A stretch of 64,000 bases of DNA from Candidatus Culexmicrobium cathedralense. Its GTDB lineage: Archaea > Thermoproteota > Methanomethylicia > Culexarchaeales > Culexmicrobiaceae. The DNA lies in NCBI GenBank assembly GCA_025061115.1, contig JANZKC010000004.1:96001-160000 (forward strand), in the 5' to 3' direction. The position numbers and the translations under genes are program-made. Numbering within the stretch: the stretch's first letter is position 1; every line of letters starts with the position of its first letter. Below, piece after piece: positions 31,699 to 42,594 of the stretch. Under the pieces are notes generated by a model. The model was not told the origin of the DNA. It did no database searches and saw only the letters and a program-made list of their open reading frames with translations.

Positions 31699-32496
31699 CT
31701 ACTGTGAAGGTACGCTTCTAACTTTTCTCTTGACAATTATGTCATACCCCTGAATTAGAGCGCCTAAAGCTAGTAGGATTTGGTGAGCGTGCCATTGATC
31801 CCTCAATACCTTCAGTAGGGGGTTTACTATTGGGACCTCATATTGGGTGTAGTTTTCAAAGTAGTTTATGGTGAGCTTCTCACCTTCAACTTTCAGCTCC
31901 CAGATCGTAATGGGCCTGGAGCCAAATTCAAACTCCTTACTGCGAGCATGAATATCGACCAATTCAGTTTCAATCTTGTATTCATACATAACTTTGCCGG
32001 CGAGGCGGTATGGCGGAGTGACGTTTAATTCCAACTCTAGACTTTTGAGGTTGATATCAACTTCCGAGCCGATTTCATGTAGATTTTTAGACCACTTATA
32101 CGTGAGGGCGCCTTCACTTTCCTCGTATAGGATTAATGCGCAGTAAATCAGCTCAGCATCATAAACCTTCACTTCCCTCCTCATTTGCAGGGGTTCAATA
32201 ATTTCGCAGACACTCAAATGGCACGTGACGTTGATGTCCCTACTTGAAATTGGAATTGTGAGATTCAGCAATTCGTCTTCTCTAATCTCCACCTGCTTTC
32301 CATAGATGTTTCCTCCGATGAAGATTTTATCTGCTAAGAAGCCATTAAGGACGAATCCATGCCCCTCAATGCGGAGCTCTGGATCGTATATTAGTGCGGC
32401 TGTCACGTAGTAGGGGAGGAAGCTGTTTGGAATTACTGATAATATTAGCCCTGCTAAAATTAAGATGTAGCCCTTGAAGGTGAAGTTACTTATCAC
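31699..32496 (-). CDS. Hypothetical membrane-anchored surface protein
   Basis: N- and C-terminal hydrophobic segments around a beta-rich middle. Confidence 0.6.
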   Translation of the reverse strand: MISNFTFKGYILILAGLILSVIPNSFLPYYVTAALIYDPELRIEGHGFVLNGFLADKIFIGGNIYGKQVEIREDELLNLTIPISSRDINVTCHLSVCEIIEPLQMRREVKVYDAELIYCALILYEESEGALTYKWSKNLHEIGSEVDINLKSLELELNVTPPYRLAGKVMYEYKIETELVDIHARSKEFEFGSRPITIWELKVEGEKLTINYFENYTQYEVPIVNPLLKVLRDQWHAHQILLALGALIQGYDIIVKRKVRSVPSQ

Positions 32497-32628
32497 GATA
32501 CGTTTTATACTTAAATTTAATATTTATAGTTTGCCGTAATGTGGTAAAATAGTTAAATAAATTAATATCTTTAAAATTTAATATTTTGCATTTAATATTG
32601 ATTTTTACCTCATTCCGATTTTTATATA

Positions 32629-33567
32629 TTGGGTGCCGTTATGGTTGCTCATTGCACTTTAAGCTCAAGAGTTGGAGTTACGTCAGCTCTAAGCCTTGTT
32701 GGAGGCGCAGTTGTTCTCTTATCTTCAGTCTTCGGCGTTGTTTCTGCTCTTTCATTCATGGGTTTTTCCATATTTGGGGAGATTCATCTTTCAAGTGAAT
32801 TGAAGGTTTTCATTCCACTTTATGTGACTTTGGCTTCAGCTTCATTTGCCCTTGCATTGGCATCGTACTTCCTTTTGAGGAGGGGTTATCCTAGAACTTC
32901 AAGTAAATTTTTGCTTTTATCAGCATTTTTCGGCTTTCTCTCTACCTTCATCTCCATCATTAAAGGTTTGCCTGTTGGAGGTCTAGTCCATGCATTTTCG
33001 CTTTTAGGTTCAATTATGTTGGCTGTCTCCGGCGGCCTTGCTTTTCGCCTTCCTCAGGAGCAAGCTGTTCAGTATATGACTCCCCTCGAAATTTCATTGA
33101 CTGCGGTTTTCTCCGCCTTAACGGCGGTGGTTACTGGCGCTGTTGGTTCGGCTTTTCCATCTCCAACTGGAGGCTACACTCACGTTGGTGACGCCGTGAT
33201 TTTCTTGACTGCCCTACTTTTTGGTCCTAAAGTTGGCCTTTTAACTGGTGCGATTGGGCCGACCATTGCTGACTTGGCGGTGGGCTATCCAAGGTGGTTT
33301 GTCACGGTGCTGGCTCATGGGGTTGAGGGATTGGTGGTGGGGTTTGGGAGGAGGCGGCCCATAGCGGTTCAAGCTCTGCTTTGCGCGGCTGGAGGCTTCA
33401 TCATGGCAGTAACCTACTTCTACATCAACATTTTCATTAAGGGCTACCCAATAGCGGTAATTTCATTTTACAGAGACCTCTTCGGGCAGGCTGGCTTATC
33501 GCTAATAATAAGCTTAATTCTAATCAAGCCATTGGAGAAGGCTGTTGAGAAGCTTGGATTTGCTTAG
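32629..33567 (+). CDS. ECF transporter S component with N-terminal 4-TM extension
   Basis: AVFSALT..PSPTGGYTHVGDAVI..LFGP.VG...ADL..GYP.W..T..AHGVEG. Confidence 0.85.
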   Translation: MGAVMVAHCTLSSRVGVTSALSLVGGAVVLLSSVFGVVSALSFMGFSIFGEIHLSSELKVFIPLYVTLASASFALALASYFLLRRGYPRTSSKFLLLSAFFGFLSTFISIIKGLPVGGLVHAFSLLGSIMLAVSGGLAFRLPQEQAVQYMTPLEISLTAVFSALTAVVTGAVGSAFPSPTGGYTHVGDAVIFLTALLFGPKVGLLTGAIGPTIADLAVGYPRWFVTVLAHGVEGLVVGFGRRRPIAVQALLCAAGGFIMAVTYFYINIFIKGYPIAVISFYRDLFGQAGLSLIISLILIKPLEKAVEKLGFA

Positions 33568-33588
33568 GGGCTGCAGAGATTTTCGCGG

Positions 33589-34801
33589 CTATTTTTGCTC
33601 GCTGCCTTCAGGCGTCTTAGCGTAGGCCATCATGGACGCTGCCATTGCCGTGAAGCCTAGAATGTATGTTGCCCTCGGCGACCAGCAGTCACTTAAAATT
33701 CCCATGCCAGCCATTCCAAGGGCGCTGAAGGGTAGAATGAGAGTTCTTCTGAGACTAATTACTGTTGCTCTCTCCGCGCTTGGAATGTGCATGTTCATCC
33801 AAGCGCTCAGTGGGGGTTAATCATGCCGGCTCCAACTTTGAAGGGGAGGGCTGCAGCGATGAAGGTGTATGGGTCGAACATGCTTGTTAGTGATAGGAAG
33901 GATGCCGCCATTAAGGCCAGCGATAGGAGTACGGCTCTCCTATAGCCTAATCGTTCCGCCAGCCTTCCGCCCATGTAGCTGCCAACTCCCATTGAAGCCA
34001 TGAAAACTGCGCTTGCCAAGCCGAGAAGCCGCTCATTGGCACCCATGCTCTCCATGTGCGGAGCCCACGTCAAGGTGAAGCTTGGCATGCCTAGGGATCC
34101 TAGAATGGAGCCTACTGTCATTAGAATTAAAGGCTTGCTTTTAATGAGTATGCGTGCGCCCCGACTCAAATACTCCCAATATCCTCCCCCTCTAAATTCT
34201 TCAACTCCTCCTCTGCCGCGAGTCCAGAGAAGTGCAATAAAGCTGCAGCAAAGCTTGAAATTGCTCCAACCGCGAAGGGGAGCTCCAAACTATGCTCAGC
34301 AATAAATCCTCCAGCCACACTAACAGACAGGGAAAGAATCCTGGCACTACCCAGTATTGAAGCCAGCTCCTCACCTCTACCTTCAGCCTTCAAGGAGTCA
34401 ACCAGCCAAGCCATGAAAGCTCCACTATAAAGTGCAGCTCCAACAGCAGCCAAAAACTCCGAACATAGGAACATCCACAAATTCCTTGAAGAACTGTAGC
34501 TCAACAATCCTAGTCCAAAGAAGAGGCAGCCTAAAGCGGCTATTCGGCCCCTTCCATACTTATCAGCCAACCCGCCAGTAGGATAGTCAAGCAATGCGCT
34601 GGAAACCATGTAAAAACCATCTACAAGTGCAACGCCCTTATAGTCCAAACCCCTCCTAATGAGAAATAAAACGTAAACTGGAGCTATGAAGGAGGTAGAA
34701 GCTGCAAATAGAACCTCAACTGCATAATAAACGTGCTCAGGCTTTAAAGGCCGCCTAACCCGAAAATCAAATTCACTCCCAGCACAATGACACCTCGCCA
34801 C
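33589..34801 (-). pseudogene. MFS transporter split into three frames
   Basis: DYPTGGLADKYGR (34166-34801), GGRLAERLGYRR (33807-34169), RATVIS..GILSD (33589-33798). Confidence 0.75.
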
Positions 34802-35056
34802 AACTTACCCAGTCACATGCACATATATCCTTAACGCCTTCAAGTAAGCGCCAAAGCAAATTAACTTCAAAGCTCAGCAGGCCAAAGCAAGGCTTCACAA
34901 TTTCGATTTGCCAGAATCCTCCTCAAAGAAAGTGCAGCTCTAAATGAACTGATAAAATTGAACCGAGGAGATCAAATTAAATTGTTTAGCACCTCCTTGA
35001 CCGCCCGTTAATTCTATAATGGAGTTGGCTGCAGCCGCCATGATGCGGTGCAGCTT

Positions 35057-36247
35057 TCAACCAGATCGATGGCTCTCAAATTTTCGATTGACTATGATTG
35101 CAGTTAATCCGGTGGTAGCTGTGTTTATGGCTGCATTGCTGAATGTAGCTGCTCCAGCGAAGAACGTGAAGGCTAAGGATGTAAATGCACTTACGTCATG
35201 GGGACTTAAAAGCTCAATTATCACCGGCAAGCAGGCCATCATGGTTCCGCCATGAATTCCAGGAGATCCAATTCCAATAAGTGGAATTAGCAGGCTTAAA
35301 ATTAGGAAGGCGCCGATCGGCGCCCTCAAATTCATAATGTGCATGGCAATTAACGTTGAAATCACTAATCCAGCAATGCTCCCACACCTATTAAGCATAG
35401 CTCCAAGAGTAACAATTAAATCCCCAACCTCAGGCTTAACTCCAAGCTCTTCACGAACAATCCTAACGTGAATTGGAAGTATCAAGTAGGATGAGCCTAT
35501 AAACAAGCCCAAAAACAAAGCTCTAGCCAAATACTTCAAAACCAATTTAAGCCCAACGCCGGCCACTCTGAGGGCAATGAAGGTAAGTGGAAGCAAAAGG
35601 AATGGAAGGCAAACGGCTAAAACCAGAATTACAGCAATTAAGCAGAAAGCCACGGATGAGGTTAATCCAAGCCTAAAGTAAAGCCTAAAAGCCAAACTGT
35701 AAATGATGAGGGGCATCAAGTAGGTGAGCGCTCTAAACAAAGCTCCAACTCCAACAGAAATACGCTCAACAATCAAATCCACAACTGGAAGCCTAAAATG
35801 ACGATTAAATAGGTACGATAAAAACAGTGCAATGAAAACCGACAGAAGAATGGGATTCAAAAGAATTCTAACCTGAGGAACATGTAAGCCAACAGCACCA
35901 TCAGACAGCCTACAAAACAGAAAAGGAATAAGCAAAGAAGTGCAAATGGAAGATACAAACATCAAAGCAACAAAAATCAAAACAGCCTCAAAAACCAATC
36001 TAAAAGCACCAACCCTAACATTCAAAATCCTATAAGCAGAAGAAAAAACAACCACAAAAACAATAACAGGAGCAAAAGTCAACAGAAAACCCAAGAAAAC
36101 CTCAGAAATGATTGAGAGCAATCTAACATCAACACCAACAATCCAGCCGGAAATCAAACCCAAAATAAACGAAGCAAAAATCAAATACTCAAACGAAAGC
36201 CGAAACCTCACAACCATCCAAATCCCAGCCCAATAAACATAAAACAA
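35057..36247 (-). CDS. Dicarboxylate/amino acid:cation symporter (DAACS/GltPh-like)
   Basis: IGSS..ILP, LGAMLNRCG (NMDG-like), GIGSPGIHGG, AAINTA. Confidence 0.75.
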   Translation of the reverse strand: MFYVYWAGIWMVVRFRLSFEYLIFASFILGLISGWIVGVDVRLLSIISEVFLGFLLTFAPVIVFVVVFSSAYRILNVRVGAFRLVFEAVLIFVALMFVSSICTSLLIPFLFCRLSDGAVGLHVPQVRILLNPILLSVFIALFLSYLFNRHFRLPVVDLIVERISVGVGALFRALTYLMPLIIYSLAFRLYFRLGLTSSVAFCLIAVILVLAVCLPFLLLPLTFIALRVAGVGLKLVLKYLARALFLGLFIGSSYLILPIHVRIVREELGVKPEVGDLIVTLGAMLNRCGSIAGLVISTLIAMHIMNLRAPIGAFLILSLLIPLIGIGSPGIHGGTMMACLPVIIELLSPHDVSAFTSLAFTFFAGAATFSNAAINTATTGLTAIIVNRKFESHRSG

Positions 36248-36331
36248 AAACTAAATTAACTTTAACAAAACCATGACTAAGCCAAACCCAAAATTCAATT
36301 CAAGAAAGCATGTAATGAAGTTAATGAGCAA

Positions 36332-37303
36332 TCACAGCTTTGACGCTAAAACAACTTCTCGACCCAAAATATCGTGCGGATAATCCCTCATGAATTCAAG
36401 GTACACTCCTCTCTCCACAAGTAAACGCAGCCTATTAAATTCAAGTCTCCTTGCCATCCCAAATATGGCGTCCATCACTGCCGGCACCTTCCTCCTATCG
36501 CCAATCCACAGTGATAGCTTAGCTTTATCCCTTTCAAGCCACAAGCTCTCAATAACGTAGGCTGCCTGCAATTCAGGAATAAACCCCTAATCACCAACTA
36601 TCCTCCCAACTTCAACAGCATACCTCCACCTACTCTTAAGCCACACAGCATAGGAAGATTCAATTCTAGGAGTTATGAACTCCAAACCTTTAACGACATC
36701 ATAATTACTTGGAAATACATTAACCACGTACGCCTCCCCCTCCCTAAGCTTAACGCCCCCTAAATCCACCTCCAAATCAACTACGTCATAAGCAACTTCA
36801 CTCAACCCACACTTACCATAAAATCCTACAGCTCCCTTCGCAGGCCAAACACTAATCGTATCACAATCATTCTCCCTCGCCAATTCAATCGCCCCACCCA
36901 CCAACGCCCTCCTAACACCCATACGCCTAAAATCCCTATGAACCTCCAAAACATCAATAAAAGCAGTCTTCCCCAAACAACCACGCTCCTCACCAACAAC
37001 CCTACCATCCAAAACAGCCACCAACGGATACTGATCACTAGTCAACAGGAAGTTCAAGTGCACAGCACAAGTCTCAACACCCATCCACGAACCACCATGA
37101 GACCACCTATCCACAACACCCAAATCCCCATAATCAGCCTCAACCCTCCCACCACCAAACCACCTAAACCACCTATCAACGCCAGAACAATAAACATCAA
37201 CAATGCCCCTAACATCATCCAAAGAAGCAACCCTAACTTCAACAGCCATCCCAAACATACCCAACCCACATAAAGACAAACACTTGAAAAACAAATACAG
37301 CAT
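36332..37303 (-). pseudogene. GNAT acetyltransferase with in-frame TAG at 36587-36589
   Basis: LEVHRDFRRMGV..AVGFYGKCG; ORF 36332-36571 is in the same frame after the stop. Confidence 0.7.
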
Positions 37304-37580
37304 AACTAATGTCGATCAACCGCCTCTTAAAGTTAAGCTAAAAATAGAATTCTCTTAAGACAAGACATTCAACCGAACGCCTCATCAGAGATTAAATGGC
37401 GAAATATTTGTACTGGCCATCTATGATTAATCTTTAATGTAGCCATATGAGGCAAAGCCTAAATCAACACTCACATAATCTCCGCTTTATCATTAAGTAA
37501 TAATAGGAAAATTACACTTAAAATATTTGGAAAAGATTTGATTGAAAATATTATCAGGAAGCTTGTTGGAGGATTAAACC

Positions 37581-37808
37581 TTGAAGAGCATGGATGTTTT
37601 TGAAGAGGGAATAAATTTCGTTAGACAGAACTATGACCAGTTGACTAAAGAATATGATGGGAAGTTCATAGCAGTTTTAAAAGATAAAGTAGTCGCTGAT
37701 GACAAGAAAATAAAGAAACTTATAGAAAAATTACACAAGAAAGGAATAAACCCCAAAGAGACTTTCATAGAATACATTACTAAAAGAAAAGTAGCAATGA
37801 TAGTTTAA
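37581..37808 (+). CDS. DUF5678-family small protein
   Basis: NY.QL.KEY.GKFIAV....VVA.D....L. Confidence 0.7.
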   Translation: MKSMDVFEEGINFVRQNYDQLTKEYDGKFIAVLKDKVVADDKKIKKLIEKLHKKGINPKETFIEYITKRKVAMIV

Positions 37809-38075
37809 CCTTCCCTCACAGCGAGAGAAGGTTAAAAGAGGAAAACTCTAGGATTAGAGGATGAGATTATTAATAACATTACTAACTTCTCATTTCCTCA
37901 TAAAGATTGAAGCCTCAATATTCTGCATAAAACAAATGCGCGTCTAAACAGTGATGTTGACTTTCTCTACGCATCCCAGTTAGCCAACTGAGCTTAAGGG
38001 GTGGTAAATTAACACATTAATAAAATCGAGTTAATGTAATATTATTTGGTAATGCTCGTTAGGTGACTAAGCGTT

Positions 38076-39182
38076 ATGAAGTATATCGTCAATTTCTACG
38101 AGGCAGCGAAAACTTACCTGCAGTCTAGGGGAATTGCATGGTTCGACTTGGAGGCAGTAAATAGAGTCATAAAGTTCCTCGGTGAAGTAGGCGACTTCAC
38201 GACTTCAACCCAATTAGATGAGGCGGGAATATTGTCAGGAATGAAGTTTCCAACCGGCAGGGAGGCAGGATACATCCTAAAATTCCTATGGTACCTAGGC
38301 CTGGTTAAAGCGAAGTACCATCGAGGGCGCTTCTACTACTCCCTAAACAGGAAGGGCGCTCAGTACTTAAGACTACTAAAACGCGGAGGAGAAGTGGCAG
38401 TGACACCCATGCTTTACAGCGCCGCTGTCAAGTGGAGTCCAATAAAAGTAATGCTAACCTACCTGCACCTAAAGGGAGAAGCAAAAATTCAGGACATTGT
38501 CAGCGACCTAGGCAGCGACATGCTATACTGGACAAAAATTATGAGTGACTTCGGCTTCAAAATTCGGCGCAAAGTAGTGAAAAAGCCATTCAACGATTTC
38601 GTTGTAAGGGAGTGCTTAAAGCCGCTGGCTGAGCAACTATGCCTAGTCGAGTCAAGCAATGGAAAAATGAAATTAACCGAAATGGGAAGACAAGTAATTC
38701 TCAAAACTTCAACGGCAGAGTGGGAGATCATTAGAAGCAGGCCCAGAGAGCCACTAATATACGCAGCAACAGTGAGCACAATCCTAGATACTAGTCAAGC
38801 AACAATGGTTTCACCATGGATAGACGTAAAAACCGCAAAAACCCTCACAAGCGGCTTAAAGAAGCACAGCTCAATCCAACAGCTCAGAATCATAGTTAGA
38901 AAGCCAAATCCAGAAACAAGAAAAGCAATCAAAATAATAAGTGAGGAAATAAGTCAACTAGGAGCATCAGTCCAAGTAAGAGCTACGCCAGTTAGAGGGC
39001 CACTAACACTCCACGCCAAAACAACAGTAACCGCAAACCAAGCAACAATAACATCAGCAAACCTCCAATACACAAGCCTATGGAAAAACTTCGAGCTAGG
39101 CGTATACTACAAGCAAACCCCCGAAGAACTATCAAACCTAATAGAAGACCTATGGGAAACAGCCCAACCAATACAACTATAA
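38076..39182 (+). CDS. Tandem winged-helix + PLD (HKD) nuclease
   Basis: Two wHTH ends (YYSLNRKG; MKLTEMG); C-terminal VSPWI, LHAK..TSANL..NFELG. Confidence 0.75.
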   Translation: MKYIVNFYEAAKTYLQSRGIAWFDLEAVNRVIKFLGEVGDFTTSTQLDEAGILSGMKFPTGREAGYILKFLWYLGLVKAKYHRGRFYYSLNRKGAQYLRLLKRGGEVAVTPMLYSAAVKWSPIKVMLTYLHLKGEAKIQDIVSDLGSDMLYWTKIMSDFGFKIRRKVVKKPFNDFVVRECLKPLAEQLCLVESSNGKMKLTEMGRQVILKTSTAEWEIIRSRPREPLIYAATVSTILDTSQATMVSPWIDVKTAKTLTSGLKKHSSIQQLRIIVRKPNPETRKAIKIISEEISQLGASVQVRATPVRGPLTLHAKTTVTANQATITSANLQYTSLWKNFELGVYYKQTPEELSNLIEDLWETAQPIQL

Positions 39183-39338
39183 TTATAGAAGCCGGAAATC
39201 GAAGCATAAACTCAGCCAAACTGCCAAGCCCTCCATCAATTAACGAACACTCGCGCAGTCAATAAATATTCATGATGGCCGAGTGCAAATGAATACAACA
39301 AGAACTTGACACTTCGTCTAAGCGCAGCGTCTTCAGAT

Positions 39339-39887
39339 TTACAGATCCATTTTATCCAAAACTTCTCTAAACCTAACTATTAGCGTGGGGGAGATCCAAA
39401 ATCCATCTTCAACCATTTTATTCAGCAACTTCCAAGCCTCCTCCCCTCCCAACAACCCCTCCCTAACGCCCCTCAACAACAAATATAAAACTCCCCTCGG
39501 CGTCAAGCCAAAAAGCTTAGCTACGCGGTAAGCCAACTCATCATTCGTAAGTAAAATCTCCGCACTCAGATCCAGTGCAAGCGCTATAGCCTCCCTCTCA
39601 CCAGCCCCAAGCCTAATCTTCAACCTTTCCTCAACACCCCTCACCCTCTCAATAGAACCCTCAGAAGCATCCCTCACCTCAATCCAGCCATCAGCAACAG
39701 CTCCACCAATAACCCTAGAATCCGGAAATCCCTTCAATGAACCTCTCTCAACAGCCTCAACATAAACCGACCTAGGAATACATATCACGCCATAGAGAGC
39801 TCTAAGAATATCCAGCCTACCGTACCTCGCCAACCAAATCAACGGCCCAGTATCAGAGACAACCCCCAACACCCAAAAACTCCCCAA
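39339..39887 (-). CDS. PIN-domain toxin (DUF3368 type)
   Basis: VSDTGPLI.L...LGAGEREAIALA...LLTNDE.A...GFWIS. Confidence 0.88.
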   Translation of the reverse strand: MGSFWVLGVVSDTGPLIWLARYGRLDILRALYGVICIPRSVYVEAVERGSLKGFPDSRVIGGAVADGWIEVRDASEGSIERVRGVEERLKIRLGAGEREAIALALDLSAEILLTNDELAYRVAKLFGLTPRGVLYLLLRGVREGLLGGEEAWKLLNKMVEDGFWISPTLIVRFREVLDKMDL

Positions 39888-40179
39888 CCTCCTCTAAAAA
39901 CCTCTCATCACCATACCTCAAAACAACACCCCTACGCTTAAGCTCACCAAAAAACTCCCAATAACTCAAACCAGAAACCTCAACAGCCCTACCAATCGAA
40001 ATCAAACCCCTAGAATACAAATCCAAAGCCAACCTCACCCTAAGCTCCCTAACACCAAACCTAATAGCATCACGCAAAACATCAGAACGATCCCTACCCA
40101 AAGCCCCAGCCAAAAAATCCAACTCCTCAAGCAACTCCACAGGCAAACGAACAGTAGTCACCTTAAACAAAACAAACAC
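39853..40179 (-). CDS. RHH + UPF0175 antitoxin
   Basis: TTVRLP..L.ELD...DRSDVLRDAI; LY..G.ISIGRAVEVSGLSYWEF. Confidence 0.85.
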   Translation of the reverse strand: MFVLFKVTTVRLPVELLEELDFLAGALGRDRSDVLRDAIRFGVRELRVRLALDLYSRGLISIGRAVEVSGLSYWEFFGELKRRGVVLRYGDERFLEEVGEFLGVGGCL

Positions 40180-40180
40180 C

Positions 40181-40197
40181 GTATTCTAATAGAATAC
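40181..40197. promoter_or_regulatory. Perfect inverted repeat upstream of the antitoxin gene (operator candidate)
   Basis: GTATTCTA-A-TAGAATAC. Confidence 0.55.
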
Positions 40198-40509
40198 AAA
40201 AACCTTAAAAACATAATGCCAATACGCCTTAAATAAACCCTAAACACGAGCTGAAACTCAAATCACGAAAAAAGAAGATACGTAGCTACAATATGCCTAA
40301 AAGTCATACAAAAACCTACCTAAACTGAAAATGCTAATAAATCACAATATTCCAAAAGCTGCAACTTTCAAAAAGAAACTAACACAAATAACAAACAGGA
40401 TAATAAGGCAATTCAATTCTGCAAATCTTAAAGGATATTATTGAAACCACTATTAACTAGAAACCTCGCAAATTCAACACAACTCTTCCTTGAACAATTT
40501 ATTTCTCAA

Positions 40510-41262
40510 TTAAATCGTTGAACTTCCAATTCCAAACCACTTAACTTCCTCCCTTAACCTGCGATACTTAAAATCAAATTTTCTCACTAGAAACACCATA
40601 AAAAGTCCTCCAAAGAGCATATTAAAGTCCTGGATAACTATGGACGCAATTAAACTAGCACCCCAAATTCTAATCATCAGTAGAATCGTTACCCTAAAGT
40701 ATTTCTTTTTAGCCGTTTCATACTCCTTAATCAATTCTCTTGGAGGCTTCTTATCACCTAAAACTGCACCTGCTATGGAGGCTGAATACATACAGGCGTT
40801 AAACAATATTTCCTCGGCATTTCGCCCAGGCTTAATGCTCTTAATCACACTTTTAACATAATGAGGTGAACATTTTGCCGAATCAATGCCCTTTCTTATT
40901 GCCTTCATTTCAACTTCCAAAAGCGCTAGATCTTCTTCCCCCTTTTCATGAGATAAACCCAAAACACCCTTAGCTACGCACCTATCCTGAACATAATGAA
41001 GCGCCCTACCCAAATTTTTCAAAGCCTCACGAAAATCCCCCCTCAAATAAGCCAATCTAGCACTCCAAATATATTTCATAATAACACTAAAAGGAGGCCT
41101 ATGATGAGGTACGTGTCTAGTATAGGATCTCCCACTACCAAATTTATCCGGATATCTATCAGGCTCAACAGAACCCTGACATAAATACTTCTCCCATGCT
41201 TTAGGCAAATTAAGCTCCCTACATATTGCCCTAGAAATAGCCACATGAGTTTTCCACTTCAT
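40510..41262 (-). CDS. Zinc-dependent phospholipase C / S1-P1-like protein with C-terminal TM helices
   Basis: Likely start MKWKTH (41262); GSVEPD, PHH, LGRALHYVQD, HE Zn ligands; hydrophobic C-terminus. Confidence 0.75.
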   Translation of the reverse strand: MKWKTHVAISRAICRELNLPKAWEKYLCQGSVEPDRYPDKFGSGRSYTRHVPHHRPPFSVIMKYIWSARLAYLRGDFREALKNLGRALHYVQDRCVAKGVLGLSHEKGEEDLALLEVEMKAIRKGIDSAKCSPHYVKSVIKSIKPGRNAEEILFNACMYSASIAGAVLGDKKPPRELIKEYETAKKKYFRVTILLMIRIWGASLIASIVIQDFNMLFGGLFMVFLVRKFDFKYRRLREEVKWFGIGSSTI

Positions 41263-41664
41263 CAAATTAAATAATTCAATTTTCAAATAATAATTTTTTA
41301 ATGAATAATCGGCATGATTTCGCAATTTCATTAAGCCCTTCCTGCTGAACCTATCTACGTAAGGCGTAGCATAAGCAGGATTTACATAATAAATTAAGCA
41401 AGCCAGTAGCAAGACTAGAAACACGATTAACATCACTCGATTTGTCAGAGCTCCCTAACTGCTTCACACAAGCTAGGGATGTTTTCCTAGGACAAAAAAG
41501 CAATAGCGAGAAATAAAATCAAAGTTGCAAATGCAGGCAAAGTCGCCTGATACGTCGTCAAGCAAATTCATGTGCCAATGGATAAGCTAACTAGAAAAGA
41601 GGCAAAACTAGGCTTATGACTTTAACCTTTCATTTTCCAACATCTTTTTCTTATATGATTATGC

Positions 41665-42573
41665 TTATATTCTCTTTCCTCGCACGCCATCAATTACTAA
41701 AGTTTTGTGCTGATCCTTCTTAGTGTATCTACAACCGAATTTGAATATTGGCAAGTAAACTAGTTTTAATTGTAGAATTCTAAGATTTTTCTCAGCAATT
41801 TTCAAAAATGCTTTGGGCTCTATAACCATTTTCCTTTGGAATATGTGTACAATAACATCTTTATTAGTCATGGGCTTTACTGGATCATGCACTTTAAAAT
41901 CATTTTTTACGATTTTACATGTAATGCTCTTTATTTGACTAAGAGAGTCAACTGAAATTAAATGATCTTTATACTTTTCAAACAATTCCTTAAATTCATC
42001 TTCTTCCTTACCTGAACTATCTAAGTAAAGCTTACAAGATCTGGTTATGTGCGCATACTCTATTACATCTGTTAACTCAAAATACCTTTCACTTGAGGGT
42101 GTCAACAATTCTTCAAGTATTCTAAATGGATTTAATGCGCCTTTTTCAGAAATTAATCCTCTAACTCTACCTTCAACCATTACAGCTAAAACATCTCTTT
42201 TAACGTGAACTTTGTATGAGGCCTTACGGAAGTAAAAACACTGGTATGTTCCAAAAACATACCAGTACGGCTTAAATTCAATTTCTTTAAAAGTAACTTC
42301 AACTTCTTCAGGTTTGGGATGGAAAATCCTGCCAAAAAGCTTCGTTTTCTGCTTTTCGCAAATTGATAACGCAATTTTATGATTCATTGGTTTAAACATA
42401 GCAAGTTCTAACGAAACTTCCTCAGGATTCCAGCCATTACCAGTTTTTTGTTCTCTTGTAACCCTTAACAAAGCCCTAAACTGTTCTTCACTAGCAGGTA
42501 AATGAATAACATGTGATTTATCTTCAATATAGTAACTTGAACTTACCACAAAAATATATTTGTAGCAAAACAT
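41665..42573 (-). CDS. Hypothetical protein
   Basis: 302-aa ORF, no motif recognised. Confidence 0.65.
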   Translation of the reverse strand: MFCYKYIFVVSSSYYIEDKSHVIHLPASEEQFRALLRVTREQKTGNGWNPEEVSLELAMFKPMNHKIALSICEKQKTKLFGRIFHPKPEEVEVTFKEIEFKPYWYVFGTYQCFYFRKASYKVHVKRDVLAVMVEGRVRGLISEKGALNPFRILEELLTPSSERYFELTDVIEYAHITRSCKLYLDSSGKEEDEFKELFEKYKDHLISVDSLSQIKSITCKIVKNDFKVHDPVKPMTNKDVIVHIFQRKMVIEPKAFLKIAEKNLRILQLKLVYLPIFKFGCRYTKKDQHKTLVIDGVRGKRI

Positions 42574-42594
42574 ATATAAAATTTTGAGCTAACA

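Noticed and set aside
36587-36589. In-frame TAG in the GNAT gene as possible pyrrolysine readthrough
   Set aside because: The gene also seems to have an internal deletion and a degraded acetyl-CoA motif, no pyl genes are in the window, and a single GAG->TAG change explains it
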